Positions 43,133-55,796 are shown, numbered from the stretch's first letter. The stretch is 64,000 nt of DNA from the human T2T-CHM13v2.0 reference genome, Homo sapiens (GCF_009914755.1 NC_060931.1); one strand, 5' to 3'. Notes: generated from the letters alone by a model not told the origin. Numbers and translations are program-made.

Positions 43133-43811
43133 ATATTGGAAAAATATATTAGCAATACAAATGACAAGCAAAGCCTTAATCTTACAAAATACACTTAGCT
43201 CCTGAAAATGGGTAAGAGAAATACAAATAATACTATAAAAAATAAAAGAGGCAAGAATATGAACAGGCAGTTTGCTGCAGTGGGAATTGTACATGGCCAG
43301 TGGGAATTGTACAAATGCAAAGATGCTCAACCCCTCTAGCAGCCAGGTCAATACATTCTTCACCCATCAGAGCTGCAGTAGTTTATGAGGTTTGGAATAA
43401 TCTATGCTGGTAAAACTATAGGAAAATGAGCATTTTCACACTTACTGGGTGACTATATGAAATAAAAAACTTTTTCATGCAGTAATCTTACAGTATATAT
43501 TAAGATTTTAAATATCCACTTTGTGTCAGCAATTCCACTGTTGGAAACCTCTCTAGTAAAACAAAAGTAACAACATAAAAGAATATTTTTACAAGTACTG
43601 GTGTAACTAAGTTTATTACAATTTATGGTTTATTACAATTTATGGTAGGGTGAAAACTGGCTATCAATCCAGGTATTTTTATTGAATAAAATATGTTCAT
43701 ATCACAGAACAGTATGTTGTATTAAAATAGTAATTTCAATTTATATATTTTTTAACCTGGTGAGATGGCCATAATATATTAAGGTAAAAAATCCAAGTTT
43801 GCATATATATG

Positions 43812-43813
<2 letters not shown>

Positions 43814-43842
<29 letters not shown>
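43814..43842. repeat. (TG)~14 microsatellite
   Basis: Directly visible. Confidence 0.95.
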
Positions 43843-43843
<1 letters not shown>

Positions 43844-44352
43844 AATTTTATGTTAAAAATCTCATAAACACACATATATGATATGTGTAAACTAGAGAAA
43901 AGTGAGAAAGGATATACTATCAGTTAACATTGATGAATTCAGTGTTTGGAATAGAGGTAGATAGAATAGAGAGGCCTTTCACTCATACACCTCTGTGTAC
44001 TGCTTGTGGAAACTAGCATAATTTAGTAATAATATTAATAATAATGATTAAAATGACAGCCAACATTTAATGAGAGTTTACCAGAGACTATTCTAAAAAA
44101 TCTTTTAATCTCATTCAATTCCTGAAACAACCTCATGAGATGGTAATATTATCATTTTCACTGTTTTATAAATGAAGGAATGAGGCTCAGAGGGGTTGAA
44201 GTCACTTGCCCAAAGGTTGTACTTTTAATAAGCAGCAGACCAGAATATAAATCTGAGTGGTTTTATCCAATGAAAGATTATTAATGAAAAAATAATAAAT
44301 TGAGTATCTGGAATTGGCATATTTTGGAAAGTTACAATTGTAAATACAATAG

Positions 44353-44710
<358 letters not shown>

Positions 44711-45510
44711 AATCACCAAGTTCATATATAACCTTAGGGAAATTAATTCATCTATGTCTTAACGTCCACATTGACCAAATATCTTTTATGGCAACAATAA
44801 TAAGCCACATTATACTCCTTTGCACATATAGATTGATAGAAAATATTGAACAGTTGTATATGCTATGTTCCAATAACTGCCAATAGCTATTAATTGTGTT
44901 CTAATGTGAATTAACTATACATGTAACTGGGCTGAAATAATAAACTTCACACATTTAAAAATTGTGAATTAAATCTTCTCTGAAGTTGTACATGGGCAGA
45001 CTATGAGAAAGCTAAATGCATGCATGTGAGGAATAGCAAGGCCATCTACTTATCTACTAAACACAGCACTCTGCAGGTTTATCTTGATTCACTTGCTAGT
45101 GACAGTTATATATATATGTATATGAATATCCCAATTACATTACACTTAAACTTTCTAAAACTTTCTCTCCTTCCTGAAAACAATTATTGTTGGCTAAGGA
45201 ATTTATTTTTAATGTGATTTTATATTCTACCAGGGCCTTATTATGGTAACAACTATGCATGGTCCAGATGTACTAAGGAGGCTATTTGTTCTAAGTGAAA
45301 TACGTTCACTGAGTCCTGTGTCTAATTTCTGGTTGGCTATACTCTCAGTTAATACACTTTTGAGCAAAGGTGGACGTTAAGCTTTGACTATTCTCTGGTT
45401 TATGGTCTCTCCAAATCTTTGCTATCTGCTTCCCAAATACAAAATGATTTGTATAACTTTCGGAGGGTGCTAGGAAAAAAAAAAAAAGAAAAAAAAAATG
45501 AAGCAGCTTA

Positions 45511-45835
<325 letters not shown>

Positions 45836-46134
45836 GAAACTTCCTAAAAGAGACACTCAAATACAGTCCCTTTTTCTCATTTATGCCATGAACTAGTGTC
45901 CAAGTCCCCTCCTTGGCAAGTCCCCTCATTGTTCCCCAACCCTCTGGATCTCTCAATTCCACAACTACAAGGATAATTCGTGGCAGAGGACTTCTACCTC
46001 TAGGACACTATTTCAGCTTTATGGACGTGTTTGAGCTGAATGGTCAGTGCTTAGTGTCATTAAATATTTCACATACAAATGCTGATTTCCTCTGTGTGTG
46101 TACACACTGGGCCATATGTAAAATATACTTATTC

Positions 46135-46487
46135 CTTTTTTTATTTTTTGAGACGGAGTCTTGTTCTGTCGCCCAGGCTGGAGTGCAGTGGCATGATCTC
46201 GGCTCACTATAGCACCCGGCTCACTATAGCACCCGGCTCACTGCAGCCCCTGACTCCCAGGTTCAAGGGATTCTCCTGCCTCAGCCTCCCGAGGCACTTG
46301 CCACCACGGCTGGCTAATTTTTGTATTTTTAGTAGAGATGGGACTTCACTATGTTGGCCAGGCTGGTCTTTAACTCCTGACCTCAAGTGATTCACCCAGG
46401 CTAGTCTTGAACTCCTGAACTCAAGCGATTTGCCCACCTTGGGCTCCCAAAGTGCCGGGATTACAGGCATAAGCCACCGCGCCTGGC
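46135..46487 (-). mobile_element. Rearranged AluS with two internal duplications and a deletion
   Basis: (ggctcactatagcaccc)x2 at 46201-46234; B-box region duplicated at ~46358-46430. Confidence 0.88.
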
Positions 46488-46700
46488 CCAGGGTCATAAA
46501 TTTTTAAAAAGTACACACTGGGCCAGCCATGATGTAAAATATATTTATTTCTGTGGGTCATAATTTTTTTAAAAGTTTGAAAGCCACTGTTTTCTAGGCA
46601 ATAATGAGCATAGGAAGGAATGTTTTTAGACTGCTTCCTCAGGGAAAAGACCACCCTCGCAGGCCTGAGGCCGAGTATTTTGTTGAATTTATATTTACAA

Positions 46701-47185
46701 TGTTGAAGAAAAAAATAATTCAGGATACTTGTTAAAGACAGCAATAAAGACTTTAGTCAAGGAGAGACTATCCAATGGGGTCTTGCAGTGGGAGAGAGAG
46801 ATTGGGCTCAACTATGAATACAAAGACAACTAGAGATCTGAAGCCAAGGAGCAGGATGGAGTCAGTGGATGGAAAATTACTAAGGGGAAATTTCCAGAAT
46901 AAAGGAGGATTCTGGCTAAACCAATTTAATGGGGTTATTGCTGAAGGCAGGCCAGGGTGCTAAGATATCGAGAACAGGGGATAAGGAATTTGATGAGATA
47001 CCAAGTATGGTCAAATATTAAGGGTGAGGCGTTTTTACCCAACCAACCCAGCAGGATTCTTGCTAAAACTGGACTAAATGAACAAAGCCACTAAACTAAG
47101 GACAGAGTTCCAGGTCAGGACCTAGTCAGAAAGAGGACTTAGAATAACCAGATTAAAGTTTGGTCAAAGGAGAGAGTCTTTGTCA
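46701..47185 (-). mobile_element. MER31-like ERV1 solo LTR
   Basis: Minus strand begins TGACAAAGACTCTCTCCTTTGACCAAACTTTA; ends ...TTCAACA. Confidence 0.75.
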
Positions 47186-47454
47186 ATATTACCTCCCTAG
47201 CAAAACTCGCTTTCCACCGGGTATCACACTGAGGACTTTTGGTTGTTATCTTCAAATAGAAGAGAGCAGAGGAAGGAAAAGCAAGCTCTTTCCTGATTCT
47301 TCTAAGGTCACCAATCTCATTCATGAGGACTCCAAATTTAATCCTAATTATCTCCCAGAGACCCTACCTTCTAATTTCTAATACCATCACACTAAGGGGT
47401 AGAATTTTTCCTTCCTTCCTTCCTCCCTCCCTTTCCCCTCTCTCCCTTTTTTTT

Positions 47455-47738
<284 letters not shown>

Positions 47739-47883
47739 CGTGTAGAATTTCAACACATGAATGGGGAAGGGGGCAGAGAACACAAACATTCAGTCCATAA
47801 CAGCCAGGGACTAGAAGACTTTGGTCCACCATAAAAAGCAGGACTTATGTTTCATGGATACCAGTATTCCCACTTATCTATAG

Positions 47884-48244
<361 letters not shown>

Positions 48245-50030
48245 TGAAGCAGGTTTTCCAAACGAAAACGACAATGAAAGCCCCAATTCATAAGACTGCA
48301 AAATGTCTTCATTTATCTTGGTGAACTGGGAGGAGGAGGGGACCTGAGGATAGAGACAGTATATACGTAAATGTAAGAAGCACTTTTGAGCTTTCTATAT
48401 TGTACACGATGGGGAAAAAGCACGTTGTTCAGGGATCTCTGGCTCATTGTATAAGATGGGGTAGACAATACCATGTAATTCTTTATTCGAATTGCTTTGT
48501 CTTGCTGCATGGCTTTGTCATCAGCTGATTTTGCAATTACCTTAACAAGCAAAGGAAATGCCAGTCAAGTTCAGCATCTGGGACCTCCTCACCATTGCAA
48601 CATGTCAGGCCTCAGGCAGGAGACAAAAATGCCCAAGGCTGAGTGTGAAGCCCAGGTAAGAAGTGAGACAATGGCTTTGAGCCTGGGGTGTAAGCATGCC
48701 TTGTTCCCAAGGCCAGTATTTACATGTGGGGTCACTTCCACCTTTGGTACAGTTAATCAGGCGCTGATTACGTTCCATGGCATCATCCTGACTTCAGGAC
48801 TTTGTAGGAAAGCTGAGGCAGGACACTGCTCAAGTGCATTTGACAGTAAGATGCTTTGTGCAGCCAGATGTTAATTCCACTTGCCCTTACGCTTGCTTAC
48901 GCTACACCGTAAGCGGGGCTGACCCTTATGGAGCTGGGCTTTTCTTCGCCCGGAGACTCTTGTCAGATAAGGCTTAGAACTCCGCCAACCACTTAGGCTT
49001 TTAGGCAAAACGCGATGCAACCCTTCTTAGAAGGCGGGTCACTGCTCTGCACCAGCTGCCAGCCAGAGAGACAACAAATAAAAATGGAAGATCCTTCTCC
49101 GTGAGAAAACAGGCCTCGGACTCAAAGCAGGGGGCCTGAGGGGAAGGTGAGCAAAGAAAGGCAAGGCGAGGGCGCTGCTTCAAGAAGCCGGGTTCATTCA
49201 AACCCCGAGGACAGCAAACCCCGCCTCCCCACGCCGCCGCCCGCTCAATCGCCGAGCGCTCCGGGTGTGAGCTCGCCCCGCGGGGAGCGGCTTGGAGCCG
49301 AGGAGGCGGCGGCAGAGGTGGTTTGGGCAGCCCCGCGCGGCGGATAGGCCCAGGCAAACAACACCCATTCCCCCTCCTCCTCGCTCAGTTCAACTCCCAC
49401 TCGGCCCCGGCCACGCCCTGCCGCCACCGCCCCCTCGGGCAGCTTTCCGCTCGGCAGCCAGGCCTCGGTCGGGGGCGGGAGAGAGGCGGTGCCTCGAAGA
49501 AGGCACCGCGACCGCCGGAAACTACGAGTACCGACAGCCTTCGCGGTAGTGCCCCACCCCCTTTCTCCCACCACTCAGCGCGCGTCACCCTGGGCTCAGC
49601 CAATGGAGACAGAGCCAGGGAAAAAGGGCGCCCGGGTCCGGATGCGCCTCAGGAAAGCCATGCTCCCTGCGCGGGGGCAGCGGGCAGTTCACCCAGCGCG
49701 CCGACCTGTTGGTGGTCCGCGCGCGCCCACGTCCGCCGCTCTCGCTTGCCTGGATCAAGGGCCCTACTTTTTTCTTTAGTGGCAATTGGAGGGATTGCTG
49801 GAGGGGGTTTTTGAGTGGAGGGCGCTGGGAAATGAGTAGGGGGCGGGATATCCTGAGACAACAAGTTTGGCTGTATGGAGGGCCTACCGGCAGCGCTCCT
49901 GAGCTAGAACGCCGAGAGAAAGAGCGCCAGAGGAGCCAGGGAGGAGGAGAAGAGCTGCTAAAGGAATAACCCCGAGAAAGGGGGTGGAGAGGAGGCGGCC
50001 CCAGCGCCCCGGCCCCCGGCAGGTCGGCGG

Positions 50031-50035
50031 CCAAT
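50031..50035 (+). promoter_or_regulatory. CCAAT box (NF-Y)
   Basis: ggCCAATc; another agCCAATg at 49600-49604 and ATTGG at 49785-49789. Confidence 0.65.
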
Positions 50036-50122
50036 CCGCTGGGGGAAGGGGTGGAGAGTCGGAGGCTCCGGCGGAGAGAGGCCGAGGGGGGTGGGGAGTC
50101 GGCCAGGCTCGCACCGCCCTGG

Positions 50123-50131
50123 CCCCGCCCC
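50123..50131 (-). promoter_or_regulatory. GC box (Sp/KLF site)
   Basis: CCCCGCCCC = GGGGCGGGG on minus strand; further GGGGCGGGA at ~49472 and ~49840. Confidence 0.75.
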
Positions 50132-50165
50132 CGACCCGCGCCGCCGCCCGCGCCGCGCGCCGCCG

Positions 50166-50175
50166 CTGTCAATCA
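50166..50175 (-). promoter_or_regulatory. PBX-PREP/MEIS decamer TGATTGACAG
   Basis: CTGTCAATCA is the exact reverse complement of TGATTGACAG. Confidence 0.6.
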
Positions 50176-50389
50176 AGGGCGAGTCAGCCGGGCTCGGGCG
50201 GAGAGAGGAGCTGCTACGCCACAGCCCAGCGGCGGCCATTCGCGGAAAAAGAGGCAGAGCCTGTGCCAGCTACAGCCTCCTCCGAGCCACCGCGGGCGGG
50301 CGGGACCGGCCTCTCCTCCCGCCTCGCCCCCACCCCCACCCACCTCTATCCCAGTGTCTCCGTCTGAGGGTTTGTCCTGTTAATGCGGG

Positions 50390-50396
50390 ATGAGCG
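50390..50396 (+). CDS. SP4: SP4 coding exon 1 (ATG AGC G, 7 nt)
   Basis: ATGAGCG followed by donor GTACGT at 50397; splicing to 50815 gives MSDQKKEEEEEAAAAAAM, the SP4 N-terminus as I recall it. Confidence 0.95.
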
Positions 50397-50814
50397 GTAC
50401 GTATTCTCCACCCCCCTCAGTCTCCTTCGCCGCCTCCCTCTCTCCCTCCCTCCCCAGACCCTGCTCGGTTCTCCCCCCTCCCCCGGGGCCGCTGAGATGC
50501 TTTAAGGGGAGGAGGAGAGGGCGGGAGGGAATCGGGGAGGGAAGGAGGGTTGTGTTTTGTCTTAATGTCTGAGAGAGAACAACCTCCTTCTGGGTGTTGC
50601 TCTGGAGCCGATGGGTCGGGTTTCAAACCACGTTTTGTGATATCCCCCTCCTCCCTTCCCTCCTTCTCCCCCACCCCCTGCCGGTGTGCGTGGATCGCGG
50701 GTTTATGGAGATTAATGTTCGGGGGGAGGGGGGAGAAGAGGAGAGGAAGAAGACGAATAATAATAATCCTAATAACCTGTTGTCGTGTGTGTGTGGTGGG
50801 GGGGTTTGTTGCAG

Positions 50815-50930
50815 ATCAGAAGAAGGAGGAGGAGGAGGAGGCGGCAGCGGCAGCGGCGATGGCTACAGAAGGAGGGAAAACCTCTGAGCCAGAGAATAAC
50901 AATAAAAAACCCAAAACCTCAGGCTCCCAG
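50815..50930 (+). CDS. SP4: SP4 coding exon 2 (116 nt; poly-Glu/poly-Ala N-terminus)
   Basis: Acceptor ttgcAG at 50813-50814, donor GTAAAA at 50931; 7+116=123 nt = 41 codons ending ...KKPKTSGSQ, in phase with exon 3. Confidence 0.96.
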
Positions 50931-51426
50931 GTAAAAGCAAACAAATTAAAAAAATTCATCACGACACATTAGGAGAGAGAGGGAGTTATGCCCTTTGAAT
51001 GTCCAGAAGTAACAGAATAAAATGTTTATCCACTCAAAGCATCTTTCTGAGAGTGTGGAACTTAAATTGTAAATTCATCAAGTTTTCACCTCTTTGAGGG
51101 TATAACGCTGTTTAAAATTACATCAGGAATTCAGACTATAAGAAAACGGTGTGTGTGTTGCCAAGGGCATTTTGAGTTTAGGAACATAACACTTTACAAA
51201 GTTGTAAAGAAATTTCCTTTTATTTAAACTTGATACTATAGGACTTGCTTCCTTATTCATATAGTTCTTATCTACTTTTGTTCGTATTTCTTTTTGATTT
51301 CTGCTGCTTCCTAAATTGTTATGTAGAGCTGTCAAAATAAGTAACCCCCTGGCAACTACTGGCCTCCACTAAATCCGCCCACTTTTTTTCCCCCCCCCCT
51401 CTCCTTTACCGTCCCATTTTGGGTAG

Positions 51427-52981
51427 GACTCTCAGCCCTCTCCTCTGGCTTTACTGGCAGCTACTTGCAGCAAAATAGGGACTCCTGGTGAAAATCAAGC
51501 AACTGGACAACAACAAATTATTATAGATCCAAGTCAAGGATTGGTGCAACTTCAAAATCAACCACAACAGCTAGAACTGGTAACAACGCAACTTGCTGGA
51601 AACGCTTGGCAACTTGTTGCCTCCACTCCTCCTGCTTCAAAAGAGAATAACGTTTCTCAACCAGCCTCTAGTTCGTCTAGTTCTTCCAGCAGTAATAACG
51701 GGAGTGCATCTCCTACAAAAACTAAATCAGGTAATTCTTCCACCCCTGGTCAATTTCAAGTCATACAAGTACAAAATCCAAGTGGTAGTGTACAGTACCA
51801 AGTAATTCCACAACTTCAGACAGTGGAAGGTCAACAAATTCAAATCAATCCAACTAGTAGTTCATCTCTACAGGATTTGCAGGGTCAAATTCAGCTCATT
51901 TCTGCAGGTAATAATCAAGCTATACTCACAGCTGCTAACAGGACAGCTTCTGGGAATATTCTTGCTCAAAACCTGGCAAATCAGACAGTTCCGGTCCAAA
52001 TTAGACCTGGTGTTTCAATACCACTGCAGTTACAGACTCTTCCTGGTACTCAGGCTCAAGTTGTAACAACCCTACCAATTAACATTGGAGGAGTGACTCT
52101 AGCTTTGCCAGTGATAAACAACGTGGCTGCCGGAGGAGGGACTGGGCAGGTTGGCCAGCCTGCTGCTACTGCTGATAGTGGGACTTCCAATGGGAATCAA
52201 TTAGTTTCCACACCCACCAACACCACTACTTCTGCCAGTACTATGCCAGAATCTCCCTCCTCCTCCACTACCTGCACAACCACTGCTTCAACGTCTTTGA
52301 CAAGCAGTGACACATTAGTGAGCTCAGCAGATACTGGCCAGTATGCAAGCACATCAGCCAGTAGTTCTGAACGCACCATTGAAGAATCTCAAACACCTGC
52401 TGCTACTGAGTCTGAAGCCCAGAGCTCCAGTCAGCTTCAGCCTAATGGAATGCAGAATGCACAGGATCAATCAAATTCTCTTCAGCAGGTGCAAATTGTA
52501 GGCCAACCTATCTTACAGCAGATCCAGATCCAACAGCCTCAGCAACAGATCATTCAGGCTATTCCACCACAGTCGTTTCAACTCCAGTCAGGGCAGACGA
52601 TTCAGACCATCCAGCAGCAGCCTTTACAGAATGTTCAACTTCAAGCAGTAAATCCGACTCAGGTGCTTATCAGGGCTCCAACTTTAACACCTTCAGGGCA
52701 AATCAGTTGGCAAACTGTACAGGTTCAGAATATTCAGAGTCTTTCAAATTTGCAAGTTCAGAATGCTGGGTTATCCCAACAATTAACCATCACCCCAGTG
52801 TCTTCAAGTGGTGGCACAACTCTTGCTCAGATTGCTCCTGTGGCTGTTGCTGGTGCCCCAATAACTTTGAATACTGCCCAGCTTGCATCAGTGCCTAACC
52901 TTCAGACAGTGAGCGTTGCCAACCTGGGTGCTGCAGGTGTTCAAGTGCAGGGAGTTCCCGTTACAATCACTAGTGTTGCAG
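51427..52981 (+). CDS. SP4: SP4 coding exon 3 (1555 nt): Sp box, Gln-rich activation domains, Ser/Thr-rich regions
   Basis: Long pyrimidine tract then tAG at 51425-51426; reads DSQPSPLALLAATCSKIG (Sp box); in frame with the 483-aa ORF 51541-52992; donor G|GTAAGT at 52982. Confidence 0.98.
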
Positions 52982-54159
52982 GTAAGTTCTGACATCTTTT
53001 TAAGTACCTTTTAAATAGTTTTTCATAACAATTATTGCTTTTCTCTCCTAATTCTAAGGTTTGACGTAGACCTCTGAAGTAAACACACAATCATAAGGAA
53101 CCAGAAATAGCAATATTATACTAACAAACATAGCTCTGTAGTAATCAATGTGACATGTTCACTTTTGTAGATTTTATAATAATGTGTTAAATTTGTTAGT
53201 TTTTTAAAAAGTATTGTTTTATGGGACAGAGCTTTCTGATTAGAATCATAATTGCCTTCTGTAATTTAGTGGTCTTATTTGAGTACATTCCAGCTCTTCA
53301 GAAAGAACCCTAGTCGAAATGATATTTATCTCTTCTTTGAGGGAAAGTAGTTTTAAACTGAATTGGTATATATAATTGTGAGTCTGTTGAACTTTTAATT
53401 CTGTGGTGTAATAAGGCTAACTTTTTTTTAGTGGAAGTTATTTCTCAAGCTTCAGCATCTTGTCGCCCATGCTTTTGTGTTTTATTACACTGGTTTTAAA
53501 CTAGATACTGATGCAGTTGAGAGATAATTTTAAGTTGTAAATTGTTTGGTTAACTTTTATGCCTACTTTTATGCTACTATCAGGATTTGAATGAATAATC
53601 CTTCATTTATAAAATTATATTTAATTAAATCATGGTCATTGTGTGATTTGTAGATGTTTAATGTAAGGTTGGTGGAAAGCAATGAAAAATGTTGACAGTA
53701 AAATGTCACTAATTTGAATTAATTGTGGTAAAGTTATTTTTAAACCTATTGTAAAAGCAGTTGTTATTTGTTATGCATATAAATAGTTCCTTCTGAAGTA
53801 CTTGGGAAGTAGTTTTAATCTTTTTTGGACCAGTCTTATTGTACCTAATAACTTTTGTTTTCTAGTAATTAAACCCTTTTCATTGATTCTGATTTGATGA
53901 AAACCTCGTTGTGTTTTAGTGCCTTTGATACTTCCAGACCTTGTTAGTTAAATATTTCTATTTTGATAATGTGGGATAAATAAGTTTATCACTTTTGAAT
54001 GATCTTTCTTGAAACAAGTTGCAGAAAAATTACGCTAGGGTTCTTCTTTTATGGTTAATACCTGAAGTAGGCATATATATGTAAAATTGTAAATTGCCAG
54101 ATAAAGCCTTCTGATTCAGGAGAACCGAGATTATATTTTTTATCTAGATACCAGTGCTT

Positions 54160-54337
54160 CTAGGCCAGCGCTATCCAGCAGAACTGTCTGTGATGTTGGA
54201 AATGTTTATGTTTTCTATCTACCTAGCTACATGTGGCTGTTAAGCAGTTAAATGTGTGTGGGGCAACTGAGGAACTGAATTTTAAATTTTATTTAATTTT
54301 AATTTAAGTAGCCACATGTGGCTAGTGGCAAGGACAG
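54160..54337. mobile_element. MER3-like hAT MITE
   Basis: agctacatgtggct...gcaactgaggaactgaattttaaatt...agccacatgtggctagtggc. Confidence 0.75.
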
Positions 54338-54842
54338 TCATCTAGTTAGTGTTTCCATTGCGGTACTTTTTCTCCTAAAACTATTACAGCGTAATTACAT
54401 AAATGTTTCTCTGGATTACAATCCTTAACTTGCTTTATTTCTACTCCTTTGCTAAAAACTTTGACAATAATTGTAGTATTTCAGAAAAGTGTTTTTGGTG
54501 GGTTGAATGACAGTTTGCATTGTCAAAGCAGAAGTTACTTCACTTCCATTTCATCTTGCTTATTAAGCATTAGTGAGTTGTGATTAATTAAGAGAATTAA
54601 CTTATAATTTAGGTTAGAAGTAATCAATTTTTCTGCTCTCTAGTTGATAACTTTTGCAATCCAGAGGTTTTTCCCTTAGCCATTGTGAGGGTAAAGAAAT
54701 GTTTTGGCCAACCAAACTTAGATTAACTTGAATGGTGCATTAAAATAAACACAGGATCCAGTTTTTGGTACTGTAAGTTTTGAATTGTGGGGGTCAAGGG
54801 ATTTGCCTTTCAAACAAACTTTCCAGGTGATTGTAAAACTCA

Positions 54843-55160
<318 letters not shown>

Positions 55161-55796
55161 TCAAGTGTCTGGTCATCAGCAGTGAACCAGAAGACAGAAT
55201 ATGGAAGCAAGTGGGGGTGTTGAGCTAGTTCGTTTGTGCCTCAGAGAACAGATTTTGGTGGCAACTACAACTTTTTAGTTTTTATTTCACAAGTGTGTAT
55301 TGAGATGGCTACTGTATGCTGAACACTGCCAATAGGTGTGGTTATTCCTTCATTTTCAGGGATAATTTTTTCACTTAAAGGATTTACATGATTTGGGTGG
55401 TTCTGTTTTAAGTAGAGGAGGAAATTTGAACTCTACATAGTTGGATTCTTTTCCCCCTGAAACCAAAGATTTAAAATTTTGTCGATGTTGTTTATGTTCT
55501 AATAAATATGCTCAATCCTTTTAAAAAGACAGCAGTCTGACAAAGACCAGAAGTGTACCTTGCTTGATGTCTGCAAGTCAATACAGTTAATCTAGGCCTA
55601 GTTTGCAGATTTTACCCCATTGCCTAGCTTAGTAGGTGCTTGACAAATGCTCTTTGAACTAAGGTATAAAAGATGATGGAGAAAATAGCACTTTGTAATT
55701 AGGAGTAATGCCTTGGAATGGTTTTAATGAAGCTAATGAAACAACTTTGTTTTCATTAATTTCTTTTGGCTTTGCATTTGTAAGACACTAAGAGTG

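Larger units (their letters stand above)
48900..50900. promoter_or_regulatory. SP4: CpG island / TATA-less SP4 promoter, 5' UTR and intron 1
   Basis: Abrupt rise in GC and CpG density against AT-rich flanks; no interspersed repeats; GC boxes and CCAAT boxes; TSS probably ~50180-50220 (inferred). Confidence 0.92.

Noticed and set aside
49001-50393. Many overlapping Pro/Arg/Gly/Ala-rich ORFs of 66-195 aa
   Set aside because: Expected from stop-codon scarcity in a CpG island; no recognisable domain and most lack a true ATG
50901-51021. AATAAA in exon 2 (50901) and intron 2 (51016) as functional poly(A) signals
   Set aside because: The first is dictated by Asn-Lys codons; both lie next to a 5' splice site, where U1 normally suppresses cleavage; no supporting evidence from sequence alone
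52174-52191. DSGTSN in SP4 as a beta-TrCP phosphodegron
   Set aside because: Spacing does not fit DSGxxS, and the region is Ser/Thr/Gly-rich so such matches are expected
51541-52992. 483-aa ORF as a stand-alone single-exon gene
   Set aside because: It is SP4 exon 3; it starts at a TTG inside the exon and ends by reading 11 nt into intron 3
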